Source: Macrostomum lignano
Taxonomy: Eukaryota
Direction: 5' to 3'
NCBI GenBank assembly: GCA_002269645.1
Contig: NIVC01002235.1
Coordinates: forward strand, 126,855 to 190,854
Length of the DNA: 64,000 bases
The notes under the pieces are model-generated. The model ran no database searches. It was not told the origin of the DNA and worked only from the letters and a program-made list of their open reading frames with translations. The first letter of the stretch is position 1. The number at the start of each line of letters is the position of its first letter. Both the position numbers and the translations under genes were made by a program. Positions 37,631 to 51,200 of this stretch are shown in pieces.

Positions 37631-40600
37631 TGATGGGTTCGGCCTTTTTAAGCCTATAGCTTCGGGTCTCAGAATTCAGAAATGAATCACTTACAACAAC
37701 AACAACAGAGTACGCTGTCAGTTCGCAAAAGCAGCGTCAGATGGCGCGCTTCGAAGCTTGGGCGCGAACAAAGGCCGCACCGCCGGCAGAGTCCGGGGCG
37801 CCGGCGTCAGCCAGCAGACAGTCGACGTAGCGCCGAGTCCTCGCCTGTCCCCGCCGGTAGGGTGCCTGCAACGTAAGTAGCAGCACCTCCTGCACCGGCT
37901 CCGGACAGTAGGCCTCGGCGCGGATGACGTGGCCTGCCAGCTGGAGTCGCCGACGGCGCAGCAGATCGCTAGGACGGGCCAGGCCGGCGCGATGATAGAG
38001 CGCCGTGTTGGTGACTCGCTCGTTGCCGATCTTGAAGGCGGCGCGCAGCAGGCCAGCGTGCGCCGCGTCGACTTGAGCCTCGAGCGAGTCTGTCAGCGTC
38101 CAGGTCTCGGCGTTGTATAACAGGACGGTCTCGATCACCGCCTGGAACAGCGCCGCTCTCTGGCGGTCCGGTAGGGCCTCGGACTGCAGGACTGACCTTA
38201 TAGAACGAAAGGCAGCCCAGGCAAGTCCTCGGCGACGCCGCAGATCCTCGCGGACGTCGGGAACCAGACCGCCGAGGTAGACGAACTGCTGACATCTTGG
38301 AAGCTCACTCGCCTGTCCGTCAGCGCCTCGGCAGAAGATTGCAGCCTCGGTGTCGTCCGGCACGCATAGCACGACGGTCTTCTGCGTGTTGACCACCAGG
38401 CCGACGCTCGCCGCAACGGCAACCAGCCTATCCAGCTGTCGATGGGCGCCCTCGACGGTCGAGGACAGCAGGGCGAGGTCATCGGCGTAGCCAAGCAAGC
38501 TGAGCCGTCTCTCCGGTTGGCGTCGACCCACGCGTCGCCGCAGCAGGAAGCCGTCGTCATTGGAAGGCAGAGCAGTCCGTAGCACCCAGTCAAGCACCAG
38601 AATAAATAGGAACGGCGCTAGCGTATCTCCCTGGAGCACCCCGGAGGATGTCTCGAAGAAATCCGATAGGCCGTCCGGTGTTGAGACAGCAGCCGTCGTG
38701 CCGTGGTACAGCGCCATGACAGCAGAAATCAGCAGCTCTGGCACGTTGTACGCACGGAGCACCTCTGGGAGCGCGTCCCTCACGACCGAGTCGAAGGCCT
38801 TCCTGAAATCGACGAAGATCAGGATCACGGTCAACTGGCGGATGCGCGCCTCCTCGATGACTCGCCGAAGAGCCAGGATCTGCGTCACTGTGCCGCGATG
38901 GGGCCGGAATCCGTTCTGCTCAGGCCGCAGGTACGGGTCCAGCACAGGCTGTAACCGCGATAGCAGCATGCGGTTGAACAGCTTCGCGGCGCAGGACTGT
39001 AGGCAGATGCCTCGATGCTCCTCGAGCTTGGTGGTGGCCGGCTTCTTTGGAATGGCGACGATGTGCGCCGCGGTCCATTCGTTTGGCGCCACCTCACCGG
39101 AAAGCACGCGGTTCATCACCCTGGCGACCTCAGTGGCCACGTAGTGGATCCGCAGCGCCTCGGTGGGCACCTCGTCCGGACCAAGCGCTTTGCCGCCCGG
39201 CGACTGCCGAGCGAACTTCACAACGTTGGCTGTGCTGACTGGGGCAACATTGAAGCTCTCCTCTGCCGGCAACGGCGAGTCGAACGCCGTCGCGAGCGAA
39301 ACTGGCGAGGTCGGCAACGTGGCGCTGCCCGCCGAGCTGCTGCTGCGCTGGCCCAATTGGATCTTCCGGGTGGCGCCGGGGACCATGAGGCTCACCAGCA
39401 CCGAGCCCCAGCCGTACCAGAGGGCACGCTTCGGGTCGGGACGCTGAACTGCCGCACTCTCAAGGCCACATGGCGGAGAGGGCTGCTGGCGAGGCTAGCG
39501 CTCGACCTCAGCTGTGATGTCATCGCACTACAGGAGGTGTCTATCAGAGCCGACCCCGGACTTCACTGTGAGGACCTGGGCGCCGGTTGGACACTCTGGT
39601 ACACCTCAGCGGATGAGCGAGGCCGTGGAGGAGTTGGAGCGCTGATCGGACCGAGGCTGCAGCAGAGCTGTCGCTGCGTCTCCCTGTCTTCTCGGCTGCT
39701 TCGGGTCGACGTCCGACTTCGCGGCCGGAACGCCCGCCTGTTCTGCGCGTACGCGCCGCCTGCTACCCGCTCCGATGAGGCTCAGGCCTTCTTCGAGCAA
39801 CTCTCGGTGCGGGTGGAGGAGATGGCGCAACGTGACACAGTGGTCATTCTCGGAGACCTGAACGCAGTTCTGCGTAGGTCCGAGCGATCGCTGTTCGTGA
39901 CAGCGCGCGAGAACGGCAACACCGGAGCGCTAGAGGACTTCCTGGAGAGACAGGATATGGTGTCGGCCAACACCAGATTCCGCCAAGTCACCGGGCAGGC
40001 TCGCGACCTTCGTGGGCTGCAAGCGGAGGCGGCGGAACGCGCGCGGCCGGAACGCTACGCGGAGGCTGGCACAGCTCGACCACGTGCTTGTGCGCTTTCG
40101 TGAGCGCCGCCGCGTCACCAACTGCCGCATCATTACGCCGCTGGCTCTGCGGTCCGACCATCGGCTGCTCATCTGCGACCTTCGGCTTCGGGACCCGCTC
40201 TACCGTCCGCCAAAGCGGCCACCGCGGCGCTACTACCGCGCGCTCAGGGACGCCGAGACGCGACGTCGCTTTGCCGGTGCCTTTGTCACTGCGCTGGGCG
40301 ACAAGCGTGGAGGAGCCGAGTACGCGGAGGTGAGCGCTGCAGTTCGAGCCGCTGCGGAGCATGCAGTCCCGCTGATGCGACCGGCCCAGCGCGGGCAGCC
40401 GGTCTGGCAGGACGACCCCGCGATCGACGAAGCGAGGGAAGATCTGGAGAGGCTCCGTCTGAGTGGGCGGCAAACTCGCGAGGCGGAGGAGGCTCCGGCG
40501 GCTGTCTACCTGCAGCGGCAGCAGTCTGCTGTCGATGACGCCATCCAAGCCGTCTCTGCCGCAGGGCCCGATGCCAGAGGGCGCGTGGCCTGGTCCGTCA

Positions 40601-42578
40601 TCAACACTCTGACGGGGCGAAAGCGGAGCATCGCGGCGCAAGCGGCGCATGGCAGGCGACACTCCGGATGAGCGCAGGAACGAGCTGCGCGAGTTCTTCG
40701 CCGCCATTGTCAACGCGCCGCCCCCTCCGCTTCCAGAAAATCTGAGGTTGCCGCCGGAGAATCACTTAGAACTCTGGCCTCTCACTCCTGTCAGATGGTC
40801 AGCCCCATGGTAGCTAGATTGTGGGCGAGCAGCAAGGTCCTATAGCTAGGAGAAGACAGCGAGAGACAAGCAGGGAGAATTTGAAAGGTAGAGATTAGCT
40901 AATCCGCAGTTTAATAACCCGCTGCCACCAGTCCGTGCGCCCCGGCTCACCAAACCGGAGCTATCGAAATCGGACTTCCGACTAAAGGGCACTGCACTTT
41001 CCTGCCATCTAGTGTCTTTTAGCTGTCTAAATCTCGAAGTCATAGCCGAATAGAAGGGACGCTGCTGGGACTAAGATCGCATTGGCCATGCAGGGACAGA
41101 GAGGACTTTTGCAGGGGGTTCTTGCGCTGGCGAGCCTTCATACACTACTAAATGTCTATTTGATTACCAAATTCCAAAGTTCATGTATAAGTACACGTAA
41201 CTGCACGCTTTTGGCACTAAATGTGTTAACACGTCGACAGATAGCGATGATGTAGATGTATTGTTACTTTTGGAGACCTTCAGACTAATATTTATCTCGT
41301 TTTAGCCGCTTAGCTGCCTGAGACCGCGCGAAAGCGCCAGTCTGGCACTTAATTCGCATGCTTATCATGATTTCTGAGATCGACTGATTGACTGAGAACT
41401 GCGCCGCTTCGGGTCCATTGTGACCTCTGCCCCTAGATCTAGCCACTCATCTCAGCTGGCATTGCGAAGAAAGAAAGAAAACGCTAAGTCTTTAATTTCC
41501 AGATTTAACTTTCTCACTTAATCCGCAATCCTTGACACTTTAGATTGGGTTAGAGCGAATGGCTACTTTTAATATTAACTGACAATTCTGCCTTGAGATT
41601 GGCACACAAAAGCAAGTAAGCAAAAGTGCAAATCCTATCGGAAGGGGTCAGACAAAGGGCGCACCCAGTTAAGCAGGTCAAGAAAGCCTCTCACCAAACC
41701 AATCAGAGGACCTATCTGCCGGTAGCCAAGGAATCCACAGAGACCGAAGCGCTCAGACGGGATGCTGCTGCCGATCTTAACTGATGCGTGACGCCGTTGC
41801 TCTTCTCTCGCCGGTGGTTGATGCTGCTCTTAGCTCACGGCCGGGAAGTACTGACGATGCCTTTCAGGGGGGTCTTGGCTGTTGTAGCCGAAGTTGCCGG
41901 GGGAGAAAGGACCAGACGTCGAAGACGCTGCAGAAGCCGAAGGGGATCAGGTCGGCAGGTCTGGCCAAGGCCAAGGCAAGGAAAACGACCGGTTTCTCGA
42001 GCGCGGTTCGAGTTGCCGCCTTTTATAGCTCTCACGCGGCCGATTTGTTATAACGCACGCCGAATTTTCCGATTGGCTGAGAGCTTTTGTTAAAATAGGC
42101 GCCGAATTTTCTGATTGGCAGTCAAGTCGACTCTGATTGGCTGAGCTCAAGACCCCAAAACCCACCCCACCAGGTGGCCTTCAGACCCCAGGGAAGATGA
42201 CAGGTGCGGTCATAAATCATGCGCAAAACATAATAAAAGCCACTTGTCTAGACACACTGGCGCCAAAAGTGACTGCAAAACGCCCATAAATTAAAGGAGA
42301 AAGTAACAGAGCGAGTGGGGAGAAAGCTAGAAAGACCTCTTTGACCCAGACAGGCTGGAGCCAAAAGTGACAGCTAGACCGCCATAAATCACTGAAAACA
42401 GTGAAAAAGCCGCAAATCTGGGGGTCAGAATGGGGTTGAAACCATTCCTCCCAGACTTAGTGTCGCCCATCTAGACTGCTAGAGGTCAATCCGTCTCAAA
42501 CCCAGACAGTCTGACCTTCAAAGATGCGTAAACAATCCGAAATTAGAATCCTAAGAGAAGTACATTGAGTATTTATCA
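37631..42578 (-). mobile_element. Probable solo LTR (about 1.9 kb without the LINE)
   Basis: Termini TGAT...ATCA; 4-bp TSD TAAT at 37627-37630 and 42579-42582; three CCAAT boxes and CTATAAAA on minus near 42020-42140; no coding capacity. Confidence 0.6.
37694..40758 (-). mobile_element. RTE-clade non-LTR retrotransposon with inverted 5' (endonuclease) half
   Basis: RT on minus 39277-37737 (QNGFRPHRGT, GVLQGDTLAP, YADD). APE endonuclease and linker on plus 39278-40758 (GTLNCRTL, IALQEV, GDLNA, SDHRLL). (TTG)n tail; TSD GAATCACTTA at 37684-37693 and 40759-40768. Confidence 0.92.
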
Positions 42579-43369
42579 TAATTAATAGTGATAGCATAAA
42601 TTAGTGTAGAACTTAGCCTGGATAAGAGAATGGAGAGAGATTCCTAAGCTAGCCTACTGACAGTAGGGGAAAAGCGCATCGAAGCGAAATGTGCGGTTTT
42701 AAGATTGAAAAAAGATGCGTCTTCATCAATATAAACATTGACACAATGAAAACTTTAGTTTTCTACATTGTGAAATTTCCACCTTGTGAAAGTGGCTGCT
42801 ATTCGAGTTTTCGATGTTATGAAATTTCGACCTTGTGAAACCCCCCCCCACACACTCACACAGGAGTGTACAGCGGCTCTAATTTAAGAGACTTTGAACC
42901 TCAAAGCCGTTAATTGCACGAGCAGAGCCAAGCCGAGATCCCAATTCAGTCCCAAATTAATGTGACTGCACTTGGAATCGAGCCTGGACCACTGGGCTCT
43001 TTGTCAGAGAAAGAAATGAAGGATCAGTTAGCACTTCCCTGTGCAGGACTGCAGGGGGTTGCCAGTTGTTTCTTCACTGTCCATGCTTTCAATATTGAAG
43101 CAGCAACATCCTGCAGCAACTGTTGTCTGTTGTTCGGTCTGCGCATAGCCGTCAAAACTGACTGACAGCTCTTTGGCAGCGGTCAGTCTGAATCGGACAG
43201 TAGATATGGAACCGCAATTTTTTGTATGGAGATATTCAGTATGCCCACGAAGCTGCTCCCTTTGCATGAAACTATTACTAAAAATTAAAAAAAACGATGA
43301 AAGTCTCTGGAAAAGGCTAAAGTTTACATGAGGCTTAAAAATTTCAAACGTCCAAATATAATAGAGGTT

Positions 43370-44000
43370 GAGCACCTAATAGAGACTGAGAGACTAATAG
43401 AGATTGAGAGCCTATTAGAGATTGAGAGACTAATAGAAATTGAGAGCCTAGTGGAAATTGAGAGCCCAATAGAGATTGAGAGACTAATAGAGATTGAGCG
43501 CCTAATGAAAATTGAGAGCCTAATAGAGATTGAGCGCCTAATGAAAATTGAGAGCCTAATAGAGATTGAGAGAGCCTAATAGAGATAGAGCGCCTAATAG
43601 AGGCTAATAGCCTAATAGAGATTGAGCGCCTAATAGAGGCTAATAGCCTAATAGAGATTGAGCGCCAAAAAGAGATTGAGAGACTAATAGAAATTGAGAG
43701 CCTAATAGAGATGGAGCGCCTAATAGAGATTGAGCGCCTAATAGAGATTGAGCGCCTAATAAAGATTGAGCGCCTAATAGAGATTGAGAGAGCCTAATAG
43801 AGATAGAGCGCCTAATAGAGGCTAATAGCCTAATAGAGATTGAGCGCCTAATAGAGACTAATAGCCTAATAGAGAGTGAGCGCCTAATAGAGATTGAGCG
43901 CCGAATGGAGATTGAGCGCCTAATAAAGATTAAGCGCCTAATAGAGATTGAGCGCCTAATAGAGGTTGGGCGCCTAATAGAGATTGAGCGCCTAATATAG
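43370..44000. repeat. Minisatellite, 18-bp unit GCCTAATAGAGATTGAGC
   Basis: Tandem array. Confidence 0.93.
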
Positions 44001-45096
44001 AGTTAAAGCTCCAAATTTAGTGTTTAGTGCTCGTTACAGTGTCCACTGTACATGTACCAAACCCATATGTCCATATTAACCTAAACAGACTTTGCTGACT
44101 CGGCTCTGTGACTATACGAGTAAAAGGAAACTTTAAATCAAAAGTGGAACATTGTGCATGTAGGGTGCGGTAAGAATGTTACGCTTGCGGTGGTGCAGTA
44201 ATCCAATTGTCTCATATGACAATAGGTTGTTCATAATTTACCATCTAAAACATGTGTATGCAAATAGTAAGCAGACAAGAATACACCTGTCTGCCTGACT
44301 CCATCGCGTGGGAAAATATTGTGAATAGAGAAAAGAAAACTATGTGAAAATGCATGTTGAAAAGCTTCGAATGTCATGAAAAGCTGCGGCTGGATGGCAG
44401 CACATTCTATAGGCAATAAATAAACTCTTATAACTTTTGTATTGTGCTTTATATTTTGTATTCTCCCCCCCATGTGTCACACTTACCCAAACCCGCAGGT
44501 TTATACAGGCCGTTGTATTTCTTCACCTAAGCAATGGCACACTCCATTTTGCAATCGCAATGCGTCATACAATTTACAGTTTTCATTTTCAATTGTGACC
44601 TTCGAGACCTCAGCTCTAGAAAATGCTAACACCTGTAGTGACTGGCTTTTATACCTATTTTTGCCTCAACTACTGAAGCCCTTTAAGTGTTAAATTAGTG
44701 ACAAAATATCTTCCTCGTGGTATTTTTCATTCTCTCTCGCTTCGCTTCAAATTTGCATTCAAATTTGCACAGAATTCAATACAGCCGCTCCGCATAATGA
44801 ACCGAACAATCTTCGCAGATAGTAAAACTCGAATATTCTATAAGATGATCATAAAAAGCTACTTTATTATATCTGGCCTTATTTTGGCTTTTTTACGACT
44901 GTTGAACTCTCGCGAACTACTTGGGTCTGCTCAACTATTTTGAAGGTGTGAAAATACTGCTGCACACTGGGGCCTCGCTGCTTCACTATTCTAAGTTGCA
45001 TTTCATTGAATTAAAAAGCTGCAAATAAAGATAGAAGATGGCGATACGATGCCCCCCCCCCCTCTACAAAAGATGTCGAGTCAGGGCAGTTCACCC

Positions 45097-45212
45097 ATTG
45101 GCTGAGCCTTCCATTGGCGGGGATCCGGCCCGCGCCGCTGCCCTCATCCCCCGTCTCAGCCTCCTCCCCAACACCTTCTCTATTCATCCATGGTCCGCGC
45201 ATCTGTATAAAT
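45097..45212 (+). promoter_or_regulatory. Candidate ZC4H2 promoter (two ATTGG boxes, TATAAAT)
   Basis: ATTGG at 45097 and 45113; TATAAAT at 45206; ATG at 45272. Confidence 0.35.
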
Positions 45213-45271
45213 CAAGCCCAATAAACTCCCACTTGTCTAACGTAAAGAATTCTGAAGGTTCAGCTTAACAA

Positions 45272-48200
45272 ATGGACATCGCCAAGATTCTGGACCTGTC
45301 ATCTCAAGCGGCGCCATCAGGAGATACGGCAGAGGTCCCGTCAGCTGGAACTGACAGTCCCGAAGATGCTTCGGTATTAGAAGTTTCAACTACAACTGCA
45401 GCAACAGCAGCAGCGGTAGCAGCCGAGCCCGGAGACTCGGGAAAATTGCAGCAACTGCAGTGTAGGAATGATCTTAGGTAAGAACAACTTCGGAATTCCC
45501 TGCAATTCATACCTCAAGCACCACATAGAGAATGACTGCGGACCAGAGGAGGAGATTAAGGAGATGGAGTAGAGGAGAGAGAGACAGAGAGAGAAAAGAA
45601 AGCTAGGAGAAAGGCGAATGAATATCAGAGACGAGAGGAGACAAGAGGAGACGAGAGGAGACGAGAGATGAAATATGAAATGAGGGAGGAGAGAAGCGAG
45701 AGGGAGAGGAGAGAGGAGAGAGGAGAGAGGAGAGAGGAGAGAGGAGAGAGGAGAGAAGGGAGAGGGAGAGGAGAGAGGAGAGAAGCGAGAGGGAGAGGAG
45801 AGAGGAGAGAGGAGAGAGGAGAGAGGAGAGAGGAGAGAAGGGAGAGGGAGAGGAGAGAGGAGAGAGGAGAGAAGGGAGAGGGAGAGGAGAGAGGAGAGAG
45901 GAGAGAAGGGAGAGGGAGAGGAGAGAGGAGAGAGGAGAGAAGGGAGAAGGAGAGGAGAGAGGAGAGAGGAGAGAGGAGAGAAGGGAGAAGGCGAGAGGAG
46001 AGAGGAGAGAGGAGAGAAGGGAGAAGGCGAGAGGAGAGAGGAGAGAGGAGAGAAGGGAGAAGGCGAGAGGAGAGAGGAGAGAGGAGAGAAGGGAGAAGGT
46101 GAGAGGAGAGAGGAGAGAGGAGAGAAGGGAGAGGGGAGAGGAGAGAGGAGAGATGGGAGAGGGGAGAGGAGAGAGGGGAGAAGGAGAGGAGAGAGGAGAG
46201 AGGAGAGAAGGGAGAAGGCGAGAGGAGAGAGGAGAGATGGGAGAGGGGAGAGGAGAGAGGAGAGATGGGAGAGGGGAGAGGAGAGAGGGGAGAAGGAGAG
46301 GAGAGAGGAGAGAGGAGAGAAGGGAGAAGGCGAGAGGAGAGAGGAGAGAGGAGAGAAGGGAGAAGGCGAGAGGAGAGAGGAGAGAGGAGAGAAGGGAGAA
46401 GGTGAGAGGGGAGAGGAGAGAGGAGAGATGGGAGAGGGGAGAGGAGAGAGGAGAGATGGGAGAGGGGAGAGGAGAGAGGGGAGAAGGAGAGGAGAGAGGA
46501 GAGAGGAGAGAAGGGAGAAGGAGAGGAGAGAGGAGAGAGGAGAGAGGAGAGAAGGGAGAAGGCGAGAGGAGAGAGGAGAGAGGAGAGAAGGGAGAAGGTG
46601 AGAGGGGAGAGGAGTGAGGAGAGATGGGAGAGGGGAGAGGAGAGAGGAGAGATGGGAGAGGGGAGAGGAGAGAGGGGAAAGGCGAGAGGGGAGAGGAGAG
46701 AGGAGAGAGGGGAAAAGCGAGAGGAGAGAGGGGAGAGGAGAGAGGGGAAATGCGAGAGGAGAGAGGGGAGAGGAGAGAGGAGAAAGGCGAGAGGAGAGAG
46801 GGGAGAGGAGAGAGGAGACGCGGAGAGAGATGGTAAAAAGAAGAAGAAAGAAAAGAGAAGAGAGAGGCGATCAGATCGAAGAGAGCTGAGAAGAGCCACA
46901 AACAAACATTGAGCGGACTGGATTGTTGCTGAGCAGTTTCAAAGGACCCGAGAGCCGGATAGAGAGGCTTCGCGGGTCGGAGTTTGACAATCCATTTTCA
47001 GAACTCAATTCCTTCTACACAACTTCTATTCAATGTCTGAATTGCTCTCTCGGAGTCTCTCGCTTTGTAGAATTCTAAAAGAATTTTTAGCTAATTCGAA
47101 TACGCTCGTAATTGTTCAGAAGTTCTACGCTTCTAATTGGAGTAATGTCTTTACCGAAGAAATTGACGCTCAAGTTTGCTGTCAGTCTGCAGAAACTCAA
47201 CCCCAATCCCAATATTCTTTTTAAAAAGTAAATTCTTCTTATCCTTGCAATGACACTTGCAAGAAAACTGTATATTAATTGGCAAAGTTGTGGAGCTGGC
47301 GTGGGCTGAATTGATGGAAGCTGGACAAAGTCTGCAGAACGAGTTAAAAGAATTCTACATCATGAGGGCAAATACATCATTAAATTTCTTGAGCCGGGCT
47401 GCGCGCAACTCAAGTGGCTCTCGATGCATGGGGGTGGCTGTTGGTTTTGAAAGTGTAGTGAGAGTCTTACAGCTGTGTACTGACTTTTCCACGAACGCCT
47501 TGCAATTTTTTCTCACGCGATGATATCCCAATAATCCCCACCTTTAGCAGCAGTCATCAACAGGTGGATGGGAGGTCCGTCTTGGAGAGTTGAGCAGGGT
47601 TGAGTTTGCAGATGGAGACTTCGGGGATGTGGAGAGCGAGCTCCCCAGCTCAATGCAACTTTGTCTCAACGGGTTGCCCTCTGAATACACAAAAACAGGC
47701 CATGAGGCAAGACGCATCTGCCATTGGGTTTCACAAGCCCTACTCGAGCTGCAGCACTCCATTCTGCTCAAATGCAAGCATTCCTAGATAATAGGCAATT
47801 GTTACCCTCTATAAGGCTCAATATGGAATCTTGCGCTTCTTAAGTTTTTTAGCAAACACCCATGCACCAACCCTTTAACAAGCAGCGCAAACATCTCTGA
47901 GAATCCTCACTGCTATCGGATCTGATAGACACATAAAAGCCTCTACTCAAGACTGCAACTGCAAGCCGCGGCATCACTGAGCTGCGCATGCAGTGCGTAT
48001 TGAGCGAAACTGACAATTATGGAGGATTTTGAGTTTTTTTCTGCATCGTGTGCAGCTTTCTCTCAGTGCACTTCTCAATGAGGATCGAGTGCATTGGTAT
48101 AATAGATGATTGATCAGCTAATGACGATATAATTGCTCTTGCTCAAGGAGGCTCAACATCTTCTTCACGTTTGACTCGAATTGTTGTCAATCTTCACTTT

Positions 48201-51200
48201 TTGACCCGAGGCTCAGCAATATAACTCTGATGATGGATGATGAGAATTGAAGAGCAGGTGCTCAGAGCGAAGACAGACTTGTTTACAGTAGCTCTGAAGA
48301 TATGCACTCAATGCCTATTGGAGATGAGTAGATGGGGCACCTGACCCCCTAGAATTGAGACGCGGAGGATAACGCCTCCTTCAAAAAGCGCTCAGCTGCA
48401 GTGGGGAAGTTCCAGTCAAAATTTCATTTGTTTAAAGCTTTTAAAAACCACATGCAGTCCGAGGAGCCTCTCTATCAGGCCCTCGGGTCCTTTAAAACTT
48501 CACAATAGCAATCCGCCCCTACTCAGCTCCGCCCCTACTTGTGTCTCTACTCAGCTCTCTTCTCTTTTCTCGCCTCTTCAATCCCTTCTCTCTCCGATCT
48601 CCTCTCCTCTCGTCTCTCGTCTCTCCTCTCCAGTTTCGCCTATCCTCTCTCCTCTCATCTCTCCTCTCCAGTTTCGCCTATCCTCTCTCCTCTCTCCTCT
48701 GTCCTCTCCTCTCTAGTTTCGCCTATCCTCTCTCCTCTCATCTCTCCTCTCCAGTTTCGCCTATCCTCTCTCCTCTCTCCTCTGTCCTCTCCTCTCCAGT
48801 TTCGCCTATCCTCTCTCCTCTCATCTCTCCTCTCCAGTTTCGCCTATCCTCTCTCCTCTCTCCTCTCTCCTCTCTCCTCTCTCCTCTCTCCTCTCTCCTC
48901 TCTCCTTTCTCCTTTCTCCTCTCTCCTCTCTCCTCTCTCCTTTCTCCTCTCTCCTCTCTCCTCTCTCCTCTCTCCCCTCTTCTCTCTCCCCTCTCCTCTC
49001 TCCCCTCTTTCGTATCCTCTCTCCTCTCTCCTCTCTCCTCTCTCCTCTCTCCTCTCTCCTCTCTCCCCTCTTTCGTATCCTCTCTCCTCTCTCCTCTCTC
49101 CCCTCTTTCGTATCCTCTCTCCTCTCTCCTCTCTCCCCTCTTTCGTATCCTCTCTCCTCTCTCCTCTCTTATCTCTCCTCTCTCCTCTCTCCTCTGTCCT
49201 CTCTCCTCTCTCCCCTCTCCTCTCTCCTCTCTCGTCTCTCCCCTACTTCGTATCCTCTCTCTTCTCTTCTCTTTTATCCACTCGCCTCTCCTTTCTCCTA
49301 TCTCTCTTCTCTCTTCCCTTCTTCCCTCTCGCTCTTCTCTCCCTTCGGGCCCGCAGTGATGTGCTAGATTCTTTATCCGGCCTTTGAGGTAAAGATTTTG
49401 CCGACCCCTGCTGTTACTCAAATAAAAATATCAAAGAAACTTCTCTGTAAAAATGAACTTTTTTGTATTTTTGCATCTTTCAGCGACTTAACGGGCTCAT
49501 TGACTCGAGCCCGCTCGGATCTCGAAGTCGCAGTCAGGCACTGCGAGGAACAAAGTCGACGAGTAGATCGGTACGGTCGCGAGCTCGAATCTCTGCAACA
49601 GGAGCGCCTGGCCCAGGTGGAGCAGCTCCGACAGTTGCACGTGGAAATTTCCAGCGTAAGCAATGACTCTATTTGTACTAGTAAGCAGCACTTCGCTTGA
49701 AACTCGTACAAATATGCTTCTCTGTCTTTGGGGAAATTTTTCACAGGTCAATATATATTTAAATTTGATATAATCGCCCACAAAGTCACAGAATCGCTCA
49801 CAGAAACCCCATACAACATAGAATCACCCACAGAACCATAGAATTGCCCACAGAACTATAAATTCGCCCACAGAACCATAGAATCACCTACAGAACCATA
49901 GAATCACCACAAAACCATAGAATCACCCACAGAACCATAGAATCACCGACAGAACCATAGAATCACCCACAGAACGATAGAATTGCCCACAGAACCATAG
50001 AATCGCCCACAGAACCATAGAATTGCCCACAGAACTATAAATTCGCCCACAGAACCATAGAATCACCCACAGAACCATAGAATCACCACAAAACCATAGA
50101 ATCACCCACAGAACGATAGAATTGCCCACAGAACCATAGAATCACCCACAGAACGATAGAATCACCCACAGAACCATAGAATCGTCCACAGAACCATAGA
50201 ATCACCCACAAAACCATAGAATCACCCACAGAACAATAGAATCACCCACAGAACCATAGAACCACCCACAGAACGATAGAATCGCCTACAGAACCATAGA
50301 ATCGTCCACAGAACGATAGAATCGCCCACAGAACCATAGAATCGTCCACAGAACAATAGAATCACCCACAGAACCATAGAATCGCCCACAGAACCATAGA
50401 ATCGCCCACAGAACCATAGAATCGCCCACAGAACGATAGAATCACCCACAGAACCATAGAATCGCCCACAGAACCATAGAATCGCCCACAGAACAATAGA
50501 ATCGCCCCTAAAGCTCCATATCGGATAACCAAAACAATTATCATGGTCACGTAGAATCATTGCTTCCGTTTCAGCGAGCGGTTGACATTTCAATTATAAT
50601 TCTACAATTATATTGGAGACTTGCTTCGTTGCTAAAACACATTCACTTCCATATAGCCTGCATATGAAGATTACGTAATCCATTAGCACTTGGTGCTGCT
50701 TGAAGTTCCATGTTCAATCTTTTTAAGCACCCATCTAGCGATACAGATCTATCTCTTATTCTGCATCTTCCCTTGACATATTTCGTGCTGGTCAGTAAGG
50801 GCTATCATGTCTAGAAATTTGAAGATTTTTTCAAAGCATTAACATTTTTGTTGTCTTCTTTTGCAACATGTCAATCGGAAGATATGTTAGTGTTTGTCAG
50901 TAGAAACAAAAAACATTTGCTGTTTCTGCAAAAAGGAGAAGAGAGATCAGATACAGAAATCTCCAGTGCCCCAAAGTATTTGACCCCTGAACTGAACTGA
51001 TGGGAGCTGTGTGCATGGAATATCTCACAAGCCCAAAACTTCATATAGGCTTTGTACGGAATTTCCCATTGTCAAAAAACTCTTGCTAACTAATTCCGCT
51101 AGCTTAACAACTTAAACTAATTTGACAATGTGAAATTTCGAGCTTGTGAAGAATCGAGCTTGTGAAGGATCAAGCTTGTGAAGAATCGAGTCTGTGAAGA

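Larger units (their letters stand above)
37465..42848. mobile_element. MITE/TIR DNA element (about 430 bp of its own sequence) hosting nested inserts
   Basis: Inverted termini GGGG..TTTCACAAGGT(T/C)GAAATTTCA with 16-bp subterminal repeats at both ends. Confidence 0.75.
37325..43000 (-). mobile_element. SINE family B copy split by a nested insertion (halves 37325-37464 and 42849-43000)
   Basis: The halves rejoin into the sequence seen intact at 16322-16645 (GGCACACA/CTCACACAGG), with CACA(CA) duplicated. Confidence 0.8.
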
